A stretch of DNA of 37,087 bases from IMG/VR virus record IMGVR_UViG_3300017909_004743, positions 1-37,087 of that record; one strand, written 5' to 3'. The notes below the pieces were generated by a model, which saw only the letters and a list, made by a program, of their open reading frames with translations, searched no databases and was not told where the DNA came from. Origin of the DNA: a virus (Duplodnaviria > Caudoviricetes). Positions 8,182 through 20,300 of this stretch are shown here, piece by piece; position 1 is the first letter of the stretch, and every line of letters starts with the position of its first letter. A program made the position numbers and the translations under genes.

Positions 8182-11100
8182 GCCAGTGCAATTGCTCTAA
8201 GGTTTCTAAATTGTGGAACAACTGCCTGGTTTGTGGATGTTCCAATCAGTTTAAGTCTAAATGACTTGAATGGGGGAAGATTATCCATAGTGAATTTATA
8301 TTCAGTAAAGTCATTAATGGAGGGAGTTGGAGTCAACTTGTCATTCTTCTCCTTTCTTTCATCAGCTGTTCCATCTGAGGCAGATTCATTTATAACTTGA
8401 CCATATGGATCAATATTGTTTGTACCAGGAAATGGTTTAAACTTAGTCTCATTTGCACTTACATCTTGATCAAGTGCATAGAACATTCTTAAATCACTTG
8501 TATTAGCAATATAAGCATCAATAAACACTTTCAATGATGTTGCAGGATTTTCAAGAGTCACATTCTTTGTAACATAGATCATGCTGTTGGGATCATTTGG
8601 AATACCAACAACCCTTGGATCAGTGGCAAAGTTAGTGATTGGACCATCAACTCTGTTAGATACGAATACAACAGATGAATGATTCAAATCAATCATTGGT
8701 GAAATTCTTCTATCATAAGTTAAAAGATCAAGATTAAGAGTAAATGACTTATTACCAGGAAGTGCGGCACTAGTAGCGATAACTTCAGTTTCATTGATAT
8801 TAGATGCAACCATTCTCTGAGATTCAAAATAGTTCTTTTTGTTGAACTGAATATCTTGGAAACCTTGATCAAGGAAAGAGGTCTCATTTCCAGAGACAGA
8901 TGTCTCAGAAATTGTTCTTGCAGAAGCAAGAACATACGCACCTTCAGGTGAAGTTGATGTTATATCAGGAATAATAAGTGAGTAAGGAATATTGTATGAT
9001 CCTTTTGCAGAATTGACGTTTGTAGTGCCATCTGTTAAATAATTTGCCTTAGGAATGAATGTTCCACCAGCGCCAGTTCTATTGGTTCCATTTTGTGTCA
9101 TATCAATCTTAACATGATAAGAATCAATTGCTAAAGGTTCATTAATAGTTACTTCATTAAGATTATGAACTCTATTGATTCTTCTAAGTGATACACCATT
9201 AAATTCATACTTAGTAACAAAATCATTTACAGCATGACTTGCAGCAATACCCTCTGCTGCTCTACCAATACCAGTCAGTGTTCCAGTAACACCTGAACCA
9301 GATGTTACACCTTCATATTTAAGAATCTCATCTCCAATTTGAACATATCCTGGGTTGGTGTTTGAAACACCAATGTTTTCAAATGTCTCAAACCCATTAG
9401 TATTCGCAATTGAGATATTTGCAGTTGTATCTCTTGTAATATTTGTTAAAAGACTTGTGGGTTTGCTTGTTCCTCTTACACCACTAATTTTTACTCTATT
9501 GGTGGTATCATACATGCCATGATTTCTTTGGTTAATCTTAAGATGTAAACCATCACTAATAACCATATTGCTTGTTGGTACAACAGATCCAAATGCACCA
9601 GCATTTATTGACAATCTTGTTCCAGCAGTTGATTCATACTCAAGGTAATCAAGAGCATTTGTACTGAAATCACCTTGAACATCTTTAAGGAGTAATGAAT
9701 TAAAAGCAGTGAGCACTCCAACTGTAAATTCAGCACCAGTACCAAGACCTTTTGTTCCTACAGTAAGAGGTTTAAGAACATCACCAACAACATAATTACT
9801 ACCACCACTTCTAATTGTTGCTGCTATTGCTACACCATCAAGGATTGTGATATCTGCAGTTGCATCAGACCCTCTTCCAGTTACTGCTGTCAATCCAACA
9901 CCAGTAAATGTAAATGATCCTGCAGATGGTGTAAATCCAATACCAGCAGAAGTTACGCTCATGGTGCCAGTAGCAATGCCAGCAAACTGTTTTATGAAAC
10001 CATATGCTCCAGTATTTCTTTGAATAATCTTATTTCCAATAACAAGAGGATTAGAAACTCCTTGTTGATTAATGGTTGTTCCAATACCAACACTGACTTG
10101 TCTTGATTCAGCAATAATAGCACCAGGTGGAATTGCTTCATTCTTATCATCAAGTTCTGGATTATAGAATTGAATATTTCCAGAACCTATAAAGTCAGAT
10201 CTATGAAGAACAAACTTCATATCCTCGTATTGACTTGGTGTCCAAACTTTTGCATTCTGTGATTTAAAAAGAGAACCAAGGAGAGGTTGCTCAGTAACTA
10301 GAACTCTACCAGACTCTGTTGCAAGAGTTGTTACATCTGCTTCACCAAGTCTTGAAATCCAAAGGTTGTAGGTTGTAACACTTGACAAGACAACCAAAGC
10401 ATAATCAGCGCCAGGTCTCAAATAAACAGGCGATTCAAATCTAAATTCTGTTGCTGTTGATCCATCATCAGAAACATTTACATCATCAGGATCTAAAGTT
10501 ACTTCAGAATATCCAAGTATATTCTTGTTGGGAGTGCCCATTGTTGTCTCCCTAATTTGAACAGTAACAGGAAGAGTATCATCTTTTGTTTGGAAGAATA
10601 GGTCTACCTTTGTTGCATAGATTCCAGTTTTAGAATCAATCTTAAAGGTTTGTGCCAGAGGGTCTCCTCCTCTAGGGGGGGCTGGTGGTGGTGGAGGAGG
10701 AGGGGGGTTTCTAAATGTTCTGCTGTTAATGATGTCAAAGTTTACATCAGACTCAACAGTTTGTGTCTCTCGCTCTACCTCTACTGTGGCTACTCTTGCA
10801 TTTCTAAGTGAGAGTGTTACTTCTTCAGTTGTGTCAACATCACCTTGTGAATAGAAAATCTCCTCTGCCGCAGTGGTAGTTGTTCCATCAATAGTGCTAT
10901 TGATAGCACTACTTGAAAGTTTAAATACATTTCTTCCAGTATTAAATGTCTGGTTTGAAACATCTCCTTCGCCTGGAACATTAAAGCAACCAATTAAAGT
11001 GCCAACCCTGTCAGTAATAAGATTTACATTAGTTACAGTTGCTTCAGCACCACTTGTCTGACCCCTAAGGATCATAGTGGGGACAATATGACCTCTGAAA

Positions 11101-14100
11101 GTTGGATTTTCCTCTGATGCAAGACTTGCAGTATCAACATTGAGAATTGTACTCTCAGATGAGTAAACTGAAGGAATAGCATTACTTCTTAGATAAGGAT
11201 TGCTGTCATAGAAATCAGTAGGATTATTAAATGATCCATATTTGTGATTAGCAGTAGCAACTCTGAATCTAATTGATGGAGAATCTACAGCGCCAAGTCC
11301 TTCTCCATTTGATCCTGGAACAGTTCCAACAACTTCTTCACCAACCTGGAATATTCCAGAGTTCATAGAGATCTGAATCAGTTTAGGAGTGCATCTTGTA
11401 GTTACATTTACATTGTCAAAGAATGAAAATACTTGAGTATTTGGTTTCATTCTGGTTGCTGTAAACTCAATATTTCTCTCCCTCATGAAGTTGGAGATTG
11501 ATCTGTTTACAATTCTAGATCCAAGTGATGCTGCCTCTGTAAGAACTTCATTAACAGTCTGCTGAACACCTGTTCTGTTCTGTTCAATATTGATTGATCC
11601 ATCAATAGTGGTTGTATTGATGGTTGAGAGGTTTGCATTAAATCTACCAAGTCCAAGGTCACCTGTTGATCTTCCAGTTCTTCTTGAAGCAGCATTAAAT
11701 GTTTCAGTTTGATTTGTTGCAGAGAGATCAAGATTAATTCCTGTAGTCTCCCAAGAATTCCACAGTGTTGGTGCTACACCAGTTCTAAGACCATCATCAC
11801 CATCTGTTACTTCTGCCTGAAGTGCTTGTGCAACAGATTCAAAGTTACCTTCAATAATTACATCATTAGTTTCTGGAGGAAGTGTGCTTACCCAGACATC
11901 AGTTGTGGGATTCAAAGCAATACTTCCTTGATAGAAATCAACCAAGAAAGGAGTTACATTTACAACTCTAGTAGCATAAGGTTGTGAGATCTCAGCAAGT
12001 TCAGTATATCTTAAACTAATTACATTTCCTGTTCTCTGAACATTCTGACCTGAGAGGGATGCAAATCTTGCATCAGTATCTGGTGTTGTAATAGTTCCAA
12101 TTCCAGGAATTGCAGAACTTCCAACTTGCAGATTCATGGCAGTTGTATAATGTGCAGGTCTCAATACTTTTTCAACTGGATCAATACTATTTCTTACACC
12201 AATACTTACATCTTGAGGTGTGTAAGATGAAAAATTATCAATGAAGATACCAGATTTGAATCTATTAAGACCATTTACATCTGAAACAAATGTATTGAGA
12301 GTGTTTTGCTCTAAAAGATTCAATGAAGTATAATATTCAAGATTTTTTATTCTCTTTTCAAGTTTTGCAATATCATTCATTTGATATCTCTTATGTTCAA
12401 TAAATTTAATCCTTGAATCTTTTACAGAAAAAAGATAAGGTGGATTGAACACATTGGCAATATTTAGAGCACCAGGAAGAACATCAGGAAGCTCTGGTAT
12501 GTCTGAAGGAGCACCAAGATTAACTTGGATGTCCCCATTTCTTGTCAGATACAATCTATCTGCTCTTCCAAGATAGTAATCATAAGCAAAGATAGATGAT
12601 TCATCACTTGCAAAAATATGCTTACTGCTGTGGTTATCATTATCAAATGATCTACCATCAAATTCAAATGGTGAACTTGCTCCAGCAGTTAAATTATAAT
12701 CAGAAACTCTTGGTCTTAAGTCAATGATATCAGTATTTCTGAAACCATTTGTCAATTGTACTTCTGTAGAATAGTTACAATTTTGATAAGAGTTTGCAGT
12801 TGTAATGTCTCCAACATCACTGGGATCATAATCAAGATATCCATAGTAGATAAGAATCTTCTTAGTTGGCACATGGGACTTTGCTTTTCTGATTATTCTT
12901 GAAATATCATAGATATCAGCTCTTTGACCATTATCAAATTCAAATGAGGAAGTGATATTTGGGGAACCAGCAGTTATCTCAGATGCGTTTGCTTGCACAC
13001 CAGAGGTTGCAAAATTAATAATCTCACCATTCTGAAATTGTTTATTATTTAAATATGCAAATGTTATTGATGATGTGGAGTTTTTCTCAAGATATATTGC
13101 CTTTGCACTACTTAAATTACCAATAAAGATTTCACCAATTGATAAATCATTTGTATTTCCACTTGGTCCAGTTGCATTGCTAATTGTCAGTGTAGGAGCA
13201 GAGGGATCATTTACATCAATTGATTCATAAATTGCATGAACAGTATAGGCATCTGGTTTGTTGAGTGAGATTGTATCATCCTGAACTCTTGTTCCATATG
13301 GGAAGTCACCATAAGATAAACCATCATTTAATGTGGTCCCTGCAAAACCAACTGCATCAACTCCTGATGTTGGATTAACAGATTTATCAACAACAAGTTT
13401 CTGTACAATATTTTTTCTCTTTATTTTTGCAGATACTTTTGTTTGTAAAACAGTTCCAATAAGTATTGCAGGTCCACTTCCAGTCAATCCCTGAATGGTC
13501 AACTCTGTTCTTGCTGCATTAAATGTAAGTTTATCACTTGTAAGAATCTGAGTTGTTCCATCATCACTTTGAAGAGAGTATTTTTCTTCATCAAAGGAAG
13601 TCCAAGTCTGATTGTTAGTATCGTCAACACTGATAGCACCAGTTTCACCTGTTGTACTAATAGTTACTTCCTTTTTAACTCTGATTGTAATATTAGATCC
13701 ATTTAAATTTACTGACTTTACATTTTGATTTGGAAGTGCAGTATATAATGACCTTTTTCCAGCATCATTTCCGCTATTTGAGGAATTAGTTAGTTTTGTT
13801 GTTACAACTTTAAGATCATTTGCATCAAAAATAGCAGATGGAACTTGACCATCAACCACACCAGTGACAGTTGTGACACCTGTTATTTCAAAGTTTGTAG
13901 AACCAACGGCAACCACTCTTGCCATTGAGAGATCTAAAAGTCCTGGTCTTTCATAAGTAATTAAATTTCCAGTTGTGACAACACCAACAAAAGTACCACC
14001 ATCAAGTGCGGGAACAGTTACAGTTGAAACACCTGCACTACCAGCACTAATTCTTGCATTATCAAAGGTTAAAATTGGACTTTGAATTATATCAGCAGTA

Positions 14101-15779
14101 AATGTATTTGCTGCTCCAACAATACCATGAACTGCTTTTACATCAGAAAGAGAATATTGTCTGGTTGAAACAAGAAATCTTCTTTGGTCTTCATCACCAT
14201 TAAGGAATACTGGTTCACCTCTCTGAAATTCTCCTCTTACATTAAAGAGGGTATGTGCAATACCTGTATTTGAGGTATGAATATATCCAATGGCACCACT
14301 TTGTTTTCCTTCAACAATAGAAGACTTTGTTAGTGAAGCATCTGCATTGAGAGTAATTTCATTTTTAAATTCAATATCAAAAAGTGAAAGATCCCACTCA
14401 TTGATATTTGAATTGGAAAGATCATATGCACCTGACTCCAAAGCAAAGTCATAAATTCTTGCTTTACCAATTTCATCACCAGGAGCAGTAGTCTTGTTTT
14501 CCCCAACTCTCTGACTTCTAAGTGAAAGAGTATTACTAGTGTTAAACCCAATGGGAGCATTGCCAGTAACATTATTTACTTTTAAAGTTGGAGCAAAATC
14601 AAAAGAAACACCAGCACTTCCTACAGTTCTAGTGGTTCTTGGTTTTGGAATATCAAGAAATTGTGTTGATTTAACTTCAGTTTCAAAACCTCTTACATAT
14701 GCTCTACCAGGTGAAACTTGATAGATCATTTGATCATCAGATGGAACATTTCCACCTTGTGTCAATTGATTTTCTCTATAAACACCTCTATTTCCCTCAA
14801 GATTATTCAGACTTTCTTTAATCTTTGTCTTTAACTCTTTGATATAGTAATGACCTGATTCATCAAATGTTCTTTTTGCTAATTCATTACCAAGTTCATT
14901 ATATTGTGGACTATTGTTTATTGCATTTTTGAGAGAACCATTCTGAACTTCAGCAATTTGTACAAAACCTTGAGTGTCAAAGTTATTAGTTGCTTTTTTT
15001 GCTAATCTAGCAATAATTTGAAATCTGTCAGCACCAGGTGCTGTGTAATTATTAAATCCACTTGCATTATCATAAAGATTACCATCATCATCTGCAGTGA
15101 TGATTTTTTCTTCAATCTGAAAACCAATCCTATAACTAGACGCAGTGGTATATTGATCCAGAATAAGAATCTGATCATCAACAGTTACAAAATTACCTCT
15201 AAGGTAGAAAATACCAGCACTTTGAGTAAATGCAGTGCCAGTTCTTGCTGCTCCTGAAATAATTGTGTTGGCAAATCCCTCACCTGCAGAAATAAAGGAG
15301 TTTCCAAATTCTAATGGTGCTTCTGTTACAAGGATTTCATCATCAAAGAAAAACTCAGTAAAATTTCCATCATCACTTGAATCCTCATAGTTAAGGTATA
15401 ATGTATAGTTTCCAGTATCTGATTGTTGATTAGTAATATAAGTAACTACCCTTGCAGTGATACCAGATGTTCTTCCAATAATCTTTTTTCCAACAAGATT
15501 ATCAAGATAAAGATTTACTGGTACTCCTAAAAATTCAGATTGAATCTGTACACAATGAAATCTAGGTTTAAATGATGAATTTCCAGGAATAACAACACTT
15601 CCTTCTTTGAAAATGTTGTTACCCATTGCTTCAATCTGACCTTGTAGGATAGATTGAATATTATTTAATTCTCTTGCCTGAATAGGATAGGCAGGTTTGA
15701 ATAAAACTTTATTATAATTTTTAGTTGCGTCAAAATCATCAAAATAAGGAGCAACGTTGAGATTAGTTTCCTGTGGCAT
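8178..15779 (-). CDS. Large virion structural protein, VrlC/DUF4815-like (2533 aa)
   Basis: N-terminal NLNVAPYFDDF...KVLFKP..PIQARELN, APGADR, RYQMNDIAKLEKRIKNLEYYTSL, DPLAQTF and C-terminal NLRAIALA; directly downstream of gp8. Confidence 0.85.
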   Translation of the reverse strand: MPQETNLNVAPYFDDFDATKNYNKVLFKPAYPIQARELNNIQSILQGQIEAMGNNIFKEGSVVIPGNSSFKPRFHCVQIQSEFLGVPVNLYLDNLVGKKIIGRTSGITARVVTYITNQQSDTGNYTLYLNYEDSSDDGNFTEFFFDDEILVTEAPLEFGNSFISAGEGFANTIISGAARTGTAFTQSAGIFYLRGNFVTVDDQILILDQYTTASSYRIGFQIEEKIITADDDGNLYDNASGFNNYTAPGADRFQIIARLAKKATNNFDTQGFVQIAEVQNGSLKNAINNSPQYNELGNELAKRTFDESGHYYIKELKTKIKESLNNLEGNRGVYRENQLTQGGNVPSDDQMIYQVSPGRAYVRGFETEVKSTQFLDIPKPRTTRTVGSAGVSFDFAPTLKVNNVTGNAPIGFNTSNTLSLRSQRVGENKTTAPGDEIGKARIYDFALESGAYDLSNSNINEWDLSLFDIEFKNEITLNADASLTKSSIVEGKQSGAIGYIHTSNTGIAHTLFNVRGEFQRGEPVFLNGDEDQRRFLVSTRQYSLSDVKAVHGIVGAANTFTADIIQSPILTFDNARISAGSAGVSTVTVPALDGGTFVGVVTTGNLITYERPGLLDLSMARVVAVGSTNFEITGVTTVTGVVDGQVPSAIFDANDLKVVTTKLTNSSNSGNDAGKRSLYTALPNQNVKSVNLNGSNITIRVKKEVTISTTGETGAISVDDTNNQTWTSFDEEKYSLQSDDGTTQILTSDKLTFNAARTELTIQGLTGSGPAILIGTVLQTKVSAKIKRKNIVQKLVVDKSVNPTSGVDAVGFAGTTLNDGLSYGDFPYGTRVQDDTISLNKPDAYTVHAIYESIDVNDPSAPTLTISNATGPSGNTNDLSIGEIFIGNLSSAKAIYLEKNSTSSITFAYLNNKQFQNGEIINFATSGVQANASEITAGSPNITSSFEFDNGQRADIYDISRIIRKAKSHVPTKKILIYYGYLDYDPSDVGDITTANSYQNCNYSTEVQLTNGFRNTDIIDLRPRVSDYNLTAGASSPFEFDGRSFDNDNHSSKHIFASDESSIFAYDYYLGRADRLYLTRNGDIQVNLGAPSDIPELPDVLPGALNIANVFNPPYLFSVKDSRIKFIEHKRYQMNDIAKLEKRIKNLEYYTSLNLLEQNTLNTFVSDVNGLNRFKSGIFIDNFSSYTPQDVSIGVRNSIDPVEKVLRPAHYTTAMNLQVGSSAIPGIGTITTPDTDARFASLSGQNVQRTGNVISLRYTELAEISQPYATRVVNVTPFLVDFYQGSIALNPTTDVWVSTLPPETNDVIIEGNFESVAQALQAEVTDGDDGLRTGVAPTLWNSWETTGINLDLSATNQTETFNAASRRTGRSTGDLGLGRFNANLSTINTTTIDGSINIEQNRTGVQQTVNEVLTEAASLGSRIVNRSISNFMRERNIEFTATRMKPNTQVFSFFDNVNVTTRCTPKLIQISMNSGIFQVGEEVVGTVPGSNGEGLGAVDSPSIRFRVATANHKYGSFNNPTDFYDSNPYLRSNAIPSVYSSESTILNVDTASLASEENPTFRGHIVPTMILRGQTSGAEATVTNVNLITDRVGTLIGCFNVPGEGDVSNQTFNTGRNVFKLSSSAINSTIDGTTTTAAEEIFYSQGDVDTTEEVTLSLRNARVATVEVERETQTVESDVNFDIINSRTFRNPPPPPPPPAPPRGGDPLAQTFKIDSKTGIYATKVDLFFQTKDDTLPVTVQIRETTMGTPNKNILGYSEVTLDPDDVNVSDDGSTATEFRFESPVYLRPGADYALVVLSSVTTYNLWISRLGEADVTTLATESGRVLVTEQPLLGSLFKSQNAKVWTPSQYEDMKFVLHRSDFIGSGNIQFYNPELDDKNEAIPPGAIIAESRQVSVGIGTTINQQGVSNPLVIGNKIIQRNTGAYGFIKQFAGIATGTMSVTSAGIGFTPSAGSFTFTGVGLTAVTGRGSDATADITILDGVAIAATIRSGGSNYVVGDVLKPLTVGTKGLGTGAEFTVGVLTAFNSLLLKDVQGDFSTNALDYLEYESTAGTRLSINAGAFGSVVPTSNMVISDGLHLKINQRNHGMYDTTNRVKISGVRGTSKPTSLLTNITRDTTANISIANTNGFETFENIGVSNTNPGYVQIGDEILKYEGVTSGSGVTGTLTGIGRAAEGIAASHAVNDFVTKYEFNGVSLRRINRVHNLNEVTINEPLAIDSYHVKIDMTQNGTNRTGAGGTFIPKANYLTDGTTNVNSAKGSYNIPYSLIIPDITSTSPEGAYVLASARTISETSVSGNETSFLDQGFQDIQFNKKNYFESQRMVASNINETEVIATSAALPGNKSFTLNLDLLTYDRRISPMIDLNHSSVVFVSNRVDGPITNFATDPRVVGIPNDPNSMIYVTKNVTLENPATSLKVFIDAYIANTSDLRMFYALDQDVSANETKFKPFPGTNNIDPYGQVINESASDGTADERKEKNDKLTPTPSINDFTEYKFTMDNLPPFKSFRLKLIGTSTNQAVVPQFRNLRAIALA

Positions 15780-15785
15780 AATTCT

Positions 15786-17342
15786 TTAGAATTGCAAAAT
15801 AATTTTGACGTCTTCTTTCTGGGTAGTAGACCTTGTTACTGGAGGTCTATTATCAACATATATGATATTGCCAGAGTATTTTTTGGATTCAGGATTTGCA
15901 ACACCCATGGTAAATTCCTGTCCAAGATTATATGTCTTATTATTTATTACAGTACTAATACCTGAAAATGAAGTACTGATCTGCAAAGTTGCAGATCCTC
16001 CAACAATGTCTAAACTACCTCCAGTGTTAGAAAGTGCGTGTGCATTAAATAAAATATTTTCAAATCCATATTTTGGTGCATTATTCAAAGTACCATCAGA
16101 ATTAAATCCTGCATTTGTTCTATCTTGCCAATATTTAAGAACACCAGTGTTTTGATCATATGAAATAACTCTACCAACTGCAGTGGATCCCAATCCTACA
16201 GTCTGAGTAATTTCACTATCTCCTGTAAAAGTAACTGAACTATAACCAGTTCCTGTCAATCTTAATGCATATGTAGCAGCTGCTTTATCTGAAGTAAGAA
16301 GAGTTGTTGAACCAAATTGCTGAGGATTTTCAACAAGTCCTACTCTTGCAAACTGATTTCCAGTAATGAAATCTGGATTATCAGTATCATTTTCATATCT
16401 TGAATATGTTAAAACATTATATGCACCAAGTTCAGTGTAAATATCATGACCATGACCACCTGGTGGTGGGATAATAACATTAAACACTGGATCAGTAGAA
16501 CCTGTTATACCAACTTCAGAGAGATCAATTGATCCAAATGTATATCCAGAACCACCATTTGTAACAGTGATTGATTGAACTTTACTATCAGCATTTATAA
16601 CAACAGTAGCTTTGCCATCTCTTCCATCTCCCTTAATGCTTACACCTGTATATGTATTTGCATTTCCAAGACCAGCACCTCTGTCTCTGATAGTGATAAT
16701 TTTTAATTGACCACTTGAAGCAGCATTTGCTTTCATTGTTGAAGTCTCAGTTGTATCACCCCAATTATTTGGAACAGGAATATAGTTTGTTGAATCAAAC
16801 TTGATAGCATCACTAGGTTTGATTGTGTAAAGATATTTCCATATATATCCATCACCACTTGAACCTGCTGCCTTTGGTTCTAAATCAGTAAAAGTTGGTT
16901 CATCTAGTGAAGGACTTCCTTTAAAATTATTCTCTGGACTTGCATTATTATAGAGACATATGTAGACTCTATAATCACTATTCATCACATAATAATTTGA
17001 TGTATATATGTTAAATGATCCAGATGGTTGTGAAGGATTAGACCTCGTGATATCATTTCTCCACATGTCATAGATGTTTCCAGATGACCAAGTATTTTTT
17101 GAAACAACTTGAGTTACATCCCCACTGTTTACCTTTTTTAAGGCAATCATTGTGTCCCAATAATCATTTGACTGGTCAAGACTATCTTTTGGAGATGGTG
17201 GTGTGCTTTCCCAAGTAGAAGAATAATCAGTGGCATTTGGCAAACCAATAAACGTATAATAAGAATTGCTACTGGACTGAACTCCAGCAACAAAGTTTTT
17301 TGCATTTAATATACGAAGTTGATCAGTTATTATCGCAGCCAT
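15786..17342 (-). CDS. gp8: Baseplate wedge subunit gp8
   Basis: MAAIITDQLRILNA, YYVMNSDYRVYICL, DGYIWKYLYTI and SGNIIYVDNRPPVTRS..QKEDVKIILQF motifs. Confidence 0.9.
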   Translation of the reverse strand: MAAIITDQLRILNAKNFVAGVQSSSNSYYTFIGLPNATDYSSTWESTPPSPKDSLDQSNDYWDTMIALKKVNSGDVTQVVSKNTWSSGNIYDMWRNDITRSNPSQPSGSFNIYTSNYYVMNSDYRVYICLYNNASPENNFKGSPSLDEPTFTDLEPKAAGSSGDGYIWKYLYTIKPSDAIKFDSTNYIPVPNNWGDTTETSTMKANAASSGQLKIITIRDRGAGLGNANTYTGVSIKGDGRDGKATVVINADSKVQSITVTNGGSGYTFGSIDLSEVGITGSTDPVFNVIIPPPGGHGHDIYTELGAYNVLTYSRYENDTDNPDFITGNQFARVGLVENPQQFGSTTLLTSDKAAATYALRLTGTGYSSVTFTGDSEITQTVGLGSTAVGRVISYDQNTGVLKYWQDRTNAGFNSDGTLNNAPKYGFENILFNAHALSNTGGSLDIVGGSATLQISTSFSGISTVINNKTYNLGQEFTMGVANPESKKYSGNIIYVDNRPPVTRSTTQKEDVKIILQF

Positions 17343-17362
17343 TTTATTAGCACTTTTTTGTT

Positions 17363-17370
17363 TATTTATA
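17363..17370 (-). promoter_or_regulatory. T4 late promoter (TATAAATA, full consensus)
   Basis: Exact consensus in the gp7-gp8 gap, 20 nt upstream of the ATG. Confidence 0.8.
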
Positions 17371-17374
17371 GGGA

Positions 17375-20300
17375 TTATGTGTAATCCTTGAACTTAAGAG
17401 ATGCACTTCTCTGAACAAGACCAGCAGTTGAAATACCAGTGACCCCATTGCTATTATGTGCATCAAAAGTTTTGGTGTTTGTTCTCTCTTTAAAAATAAT
17501 CTTGCCCCAACTATAATTACCCATAAATGGTCTTACAGTGTGAGCAATACCTGGACCAAATGTATCAACATTACATCTGATTCTCATTACTGCTGTTGTA
17601 ATACCAGCACTATTTTCATTATAAACTTTTACCATTTCAGTTGATGCTGAACCAACTTTGTAAACACAATCAAGGAAAGTATTGGCAACACCCACCTCAG
17701 ATGCAAATGTGCTTCCAATTGATAAGAATGTGTCTTTGATAACAATGTGGTCACCAGACTGAACATTGCTTAAGGTAACAGCAGTTCCAACAACACTTAC
17801 ATCTCTCATGAATGAATCAGTAGGAATGTATGTGTCAAAGAACAACTGTTTTTGTGCTCCAACTGTTGTGCTTCCAACACCCACAATTACACCATAGTCA
17901 CCTGTGTAAGAATCAACATTAATTACCTCTTTTGTAATTCTAGGTGGTTGAATGAATACCAGGGGTTGTGTAGTGTAATTAGTGCCTCCATTAGTGATAG
18001 TGACACTTGTGACCACTCCTGCTGTTACAGAGGCAGTAGCAGTTGCCTGAGTGCCTAATGTGCCAATACCAGCAATAGTTACTGTGGGAGTAAAGTTATA
18101 TCCTGAACCACCATTTGTAAGAGTTATAGATGTAATAGTTCCACCAGTAGAAACAGTTGCGGTTGCAGTTGCATCACTTGTTGGATCTTGAGAAATAAGA
18201 GTCACAGAGTTTTGGAATACTCTGTTGGAGGATTCATTGGCAATATTAAACAATGGTCTTACAGTATCAACATATGCTTGAGTAGAACCAATGCCAACAG
18301 ATGATGTCAGATAAGCAGCAGGGAAAATTGCTGGTTCATATTTTAGTCTATCTTTACCAACAAACTGACCATCAATCCTCCTGTCTATGGTTTGCTTACA
18401 CCAAGTAAGAGGTCTTGTCAAAGTTCTAACATCTGAAAGTCCAGGACCATGATAAAGATTAGTTTGCACAGCATCAATTGTTGTTATACCAGTTACAACT
18501 CTTTTATCTTCATCAAAGATAATACTTTGACCTCCATCAATATCAGCGTTTAATTCAACTGAATCACCAATTTTTATTGTTTGCTCATTATCTCTAAAGA
18601 CAACATCAGAGGCACCTACACCCTTATAGAAAAGGATTCTGGATGTATCACCATCTGGGATGCCTGAACCAGGTCCATTAGGTGCTTCATTAAATGTAAT
18701 TTGACTTCCACCTTCAAATGTATAAGAAATATTTGGAACTTGCAGAATATCATTAATAAAGACTAGGATGGTTTGATCTACTTCAATATTTGATTCTCTT
18801 GCTGCTCTAATTGAAATAGGTTCATTTTGGAGTTTAAGTGGGAATACTTTTTTAGATCCATCAAATAAATCATCAATTCTATCAAGCACTTGGAATTCTC
18901 CTGGTGTAAATGCATTAAAGCTGTCACTATAAACATCTTGAATTGTAATTTGGAACTCACTAAATGAAGCAGAAGAATTGGTTGGAATTCCAGTTGCCCC
19001 TCCTACAGGCACTGTCAAAACTTCAGTTTTCTTAAATCCATATCCAAAATCATTTATTTCAAATTCAATTATACTTGACCCCTGACCAACTTTTATATTG
19101 ATAGATGCTTCAGTACCAACACCAGATGAAGATGAAGAGTAAACAAGGGGGATATCCTCATAACTAAGGGGTTCATCAATAACAACAACAGGTGGATTAG
19201 AACTTGTAAATCCAACTCCTCCATTTGTGATATTAAATCCTGTCACATGACCATTACTAACTGTTGCAGTACCAATATGAGTTAGCACAGGTAACACACC
19301 AGCATATGTTTGTACACCCACATTGTATGCTGTCACAACACCTGTTCTATATCCTGAACCACTATTACCAATACTAATTGATTGTACAGTGCCTCCAGCA
19401 GATATGATGGCAGTTCCACCTGCAGCCACTAGTGGTTGATATCCAAAACCTTCAAATGAACCAACAGATACAATCATTCCTCCAGTTGGAAGACCACCAA
19501 TATTCTGATCATATCCAGTTGGTGTTCCAAGACCTGCTGTAAATCTAGTGGTGGTTACACCTGAACTTTCAAAGTTTTGATATTCACCAATTTCTTCTGC
19601 CTGAACACCTTGTGGTGATTGGAAAATATTATTTACAAGCATAATTGTATTTGATGTGATCCCACTTACATTTACACCATCAGATTTGAGTGTGAAGTTG
19701 CTTGCAACACCTGTAAATTCTTGTGATATATCATCAATCACAAAGTTGGTGCTATAAGTTTCAGTTGTAGATTCTTCTACACCTCTCTTTGTGAAGACTC
19801 TTGCATGGAAAGTAGATCTTGTGGAGATACCTGTAAAATCTCTTTCATCTGGTGGATTTGTTGATGTGCCCAAAGGAATATTACCATAAGGGGCATCAAC
19901 AAAATTAATTGTATTGCCAGTGATCGTGTAGTTGCCAACAAATTTTTCAATTGTTGAACCGCCAGTATGAGGTCCAATTACTGATCCAAGAATTGGTCTT
20001 TCAACAAAGATTGTTGTCCCACTTCCAGTTATAGAAGTAACTCTCATAAATTCATCATCAATCTTGACAATATCATTTGATGCAATAGTTACAATGCCAC
20101 TTGTTGCAAAATTAGTTTCAAAAATAATATCATTTGATAATGTTGCAGCAATACCTGTTTTGGCAATTGGTGCTTGTATCATATTATCAATTGACACCAA
20201 AGCTTTGGTGTTTTGTTTTGTAGCAGTAATGAAGTGTGAATTACCAACACCTACATTAGTAAATTGAACTAAAGTTGGATTAATTGCTTGAGCATCAGTT

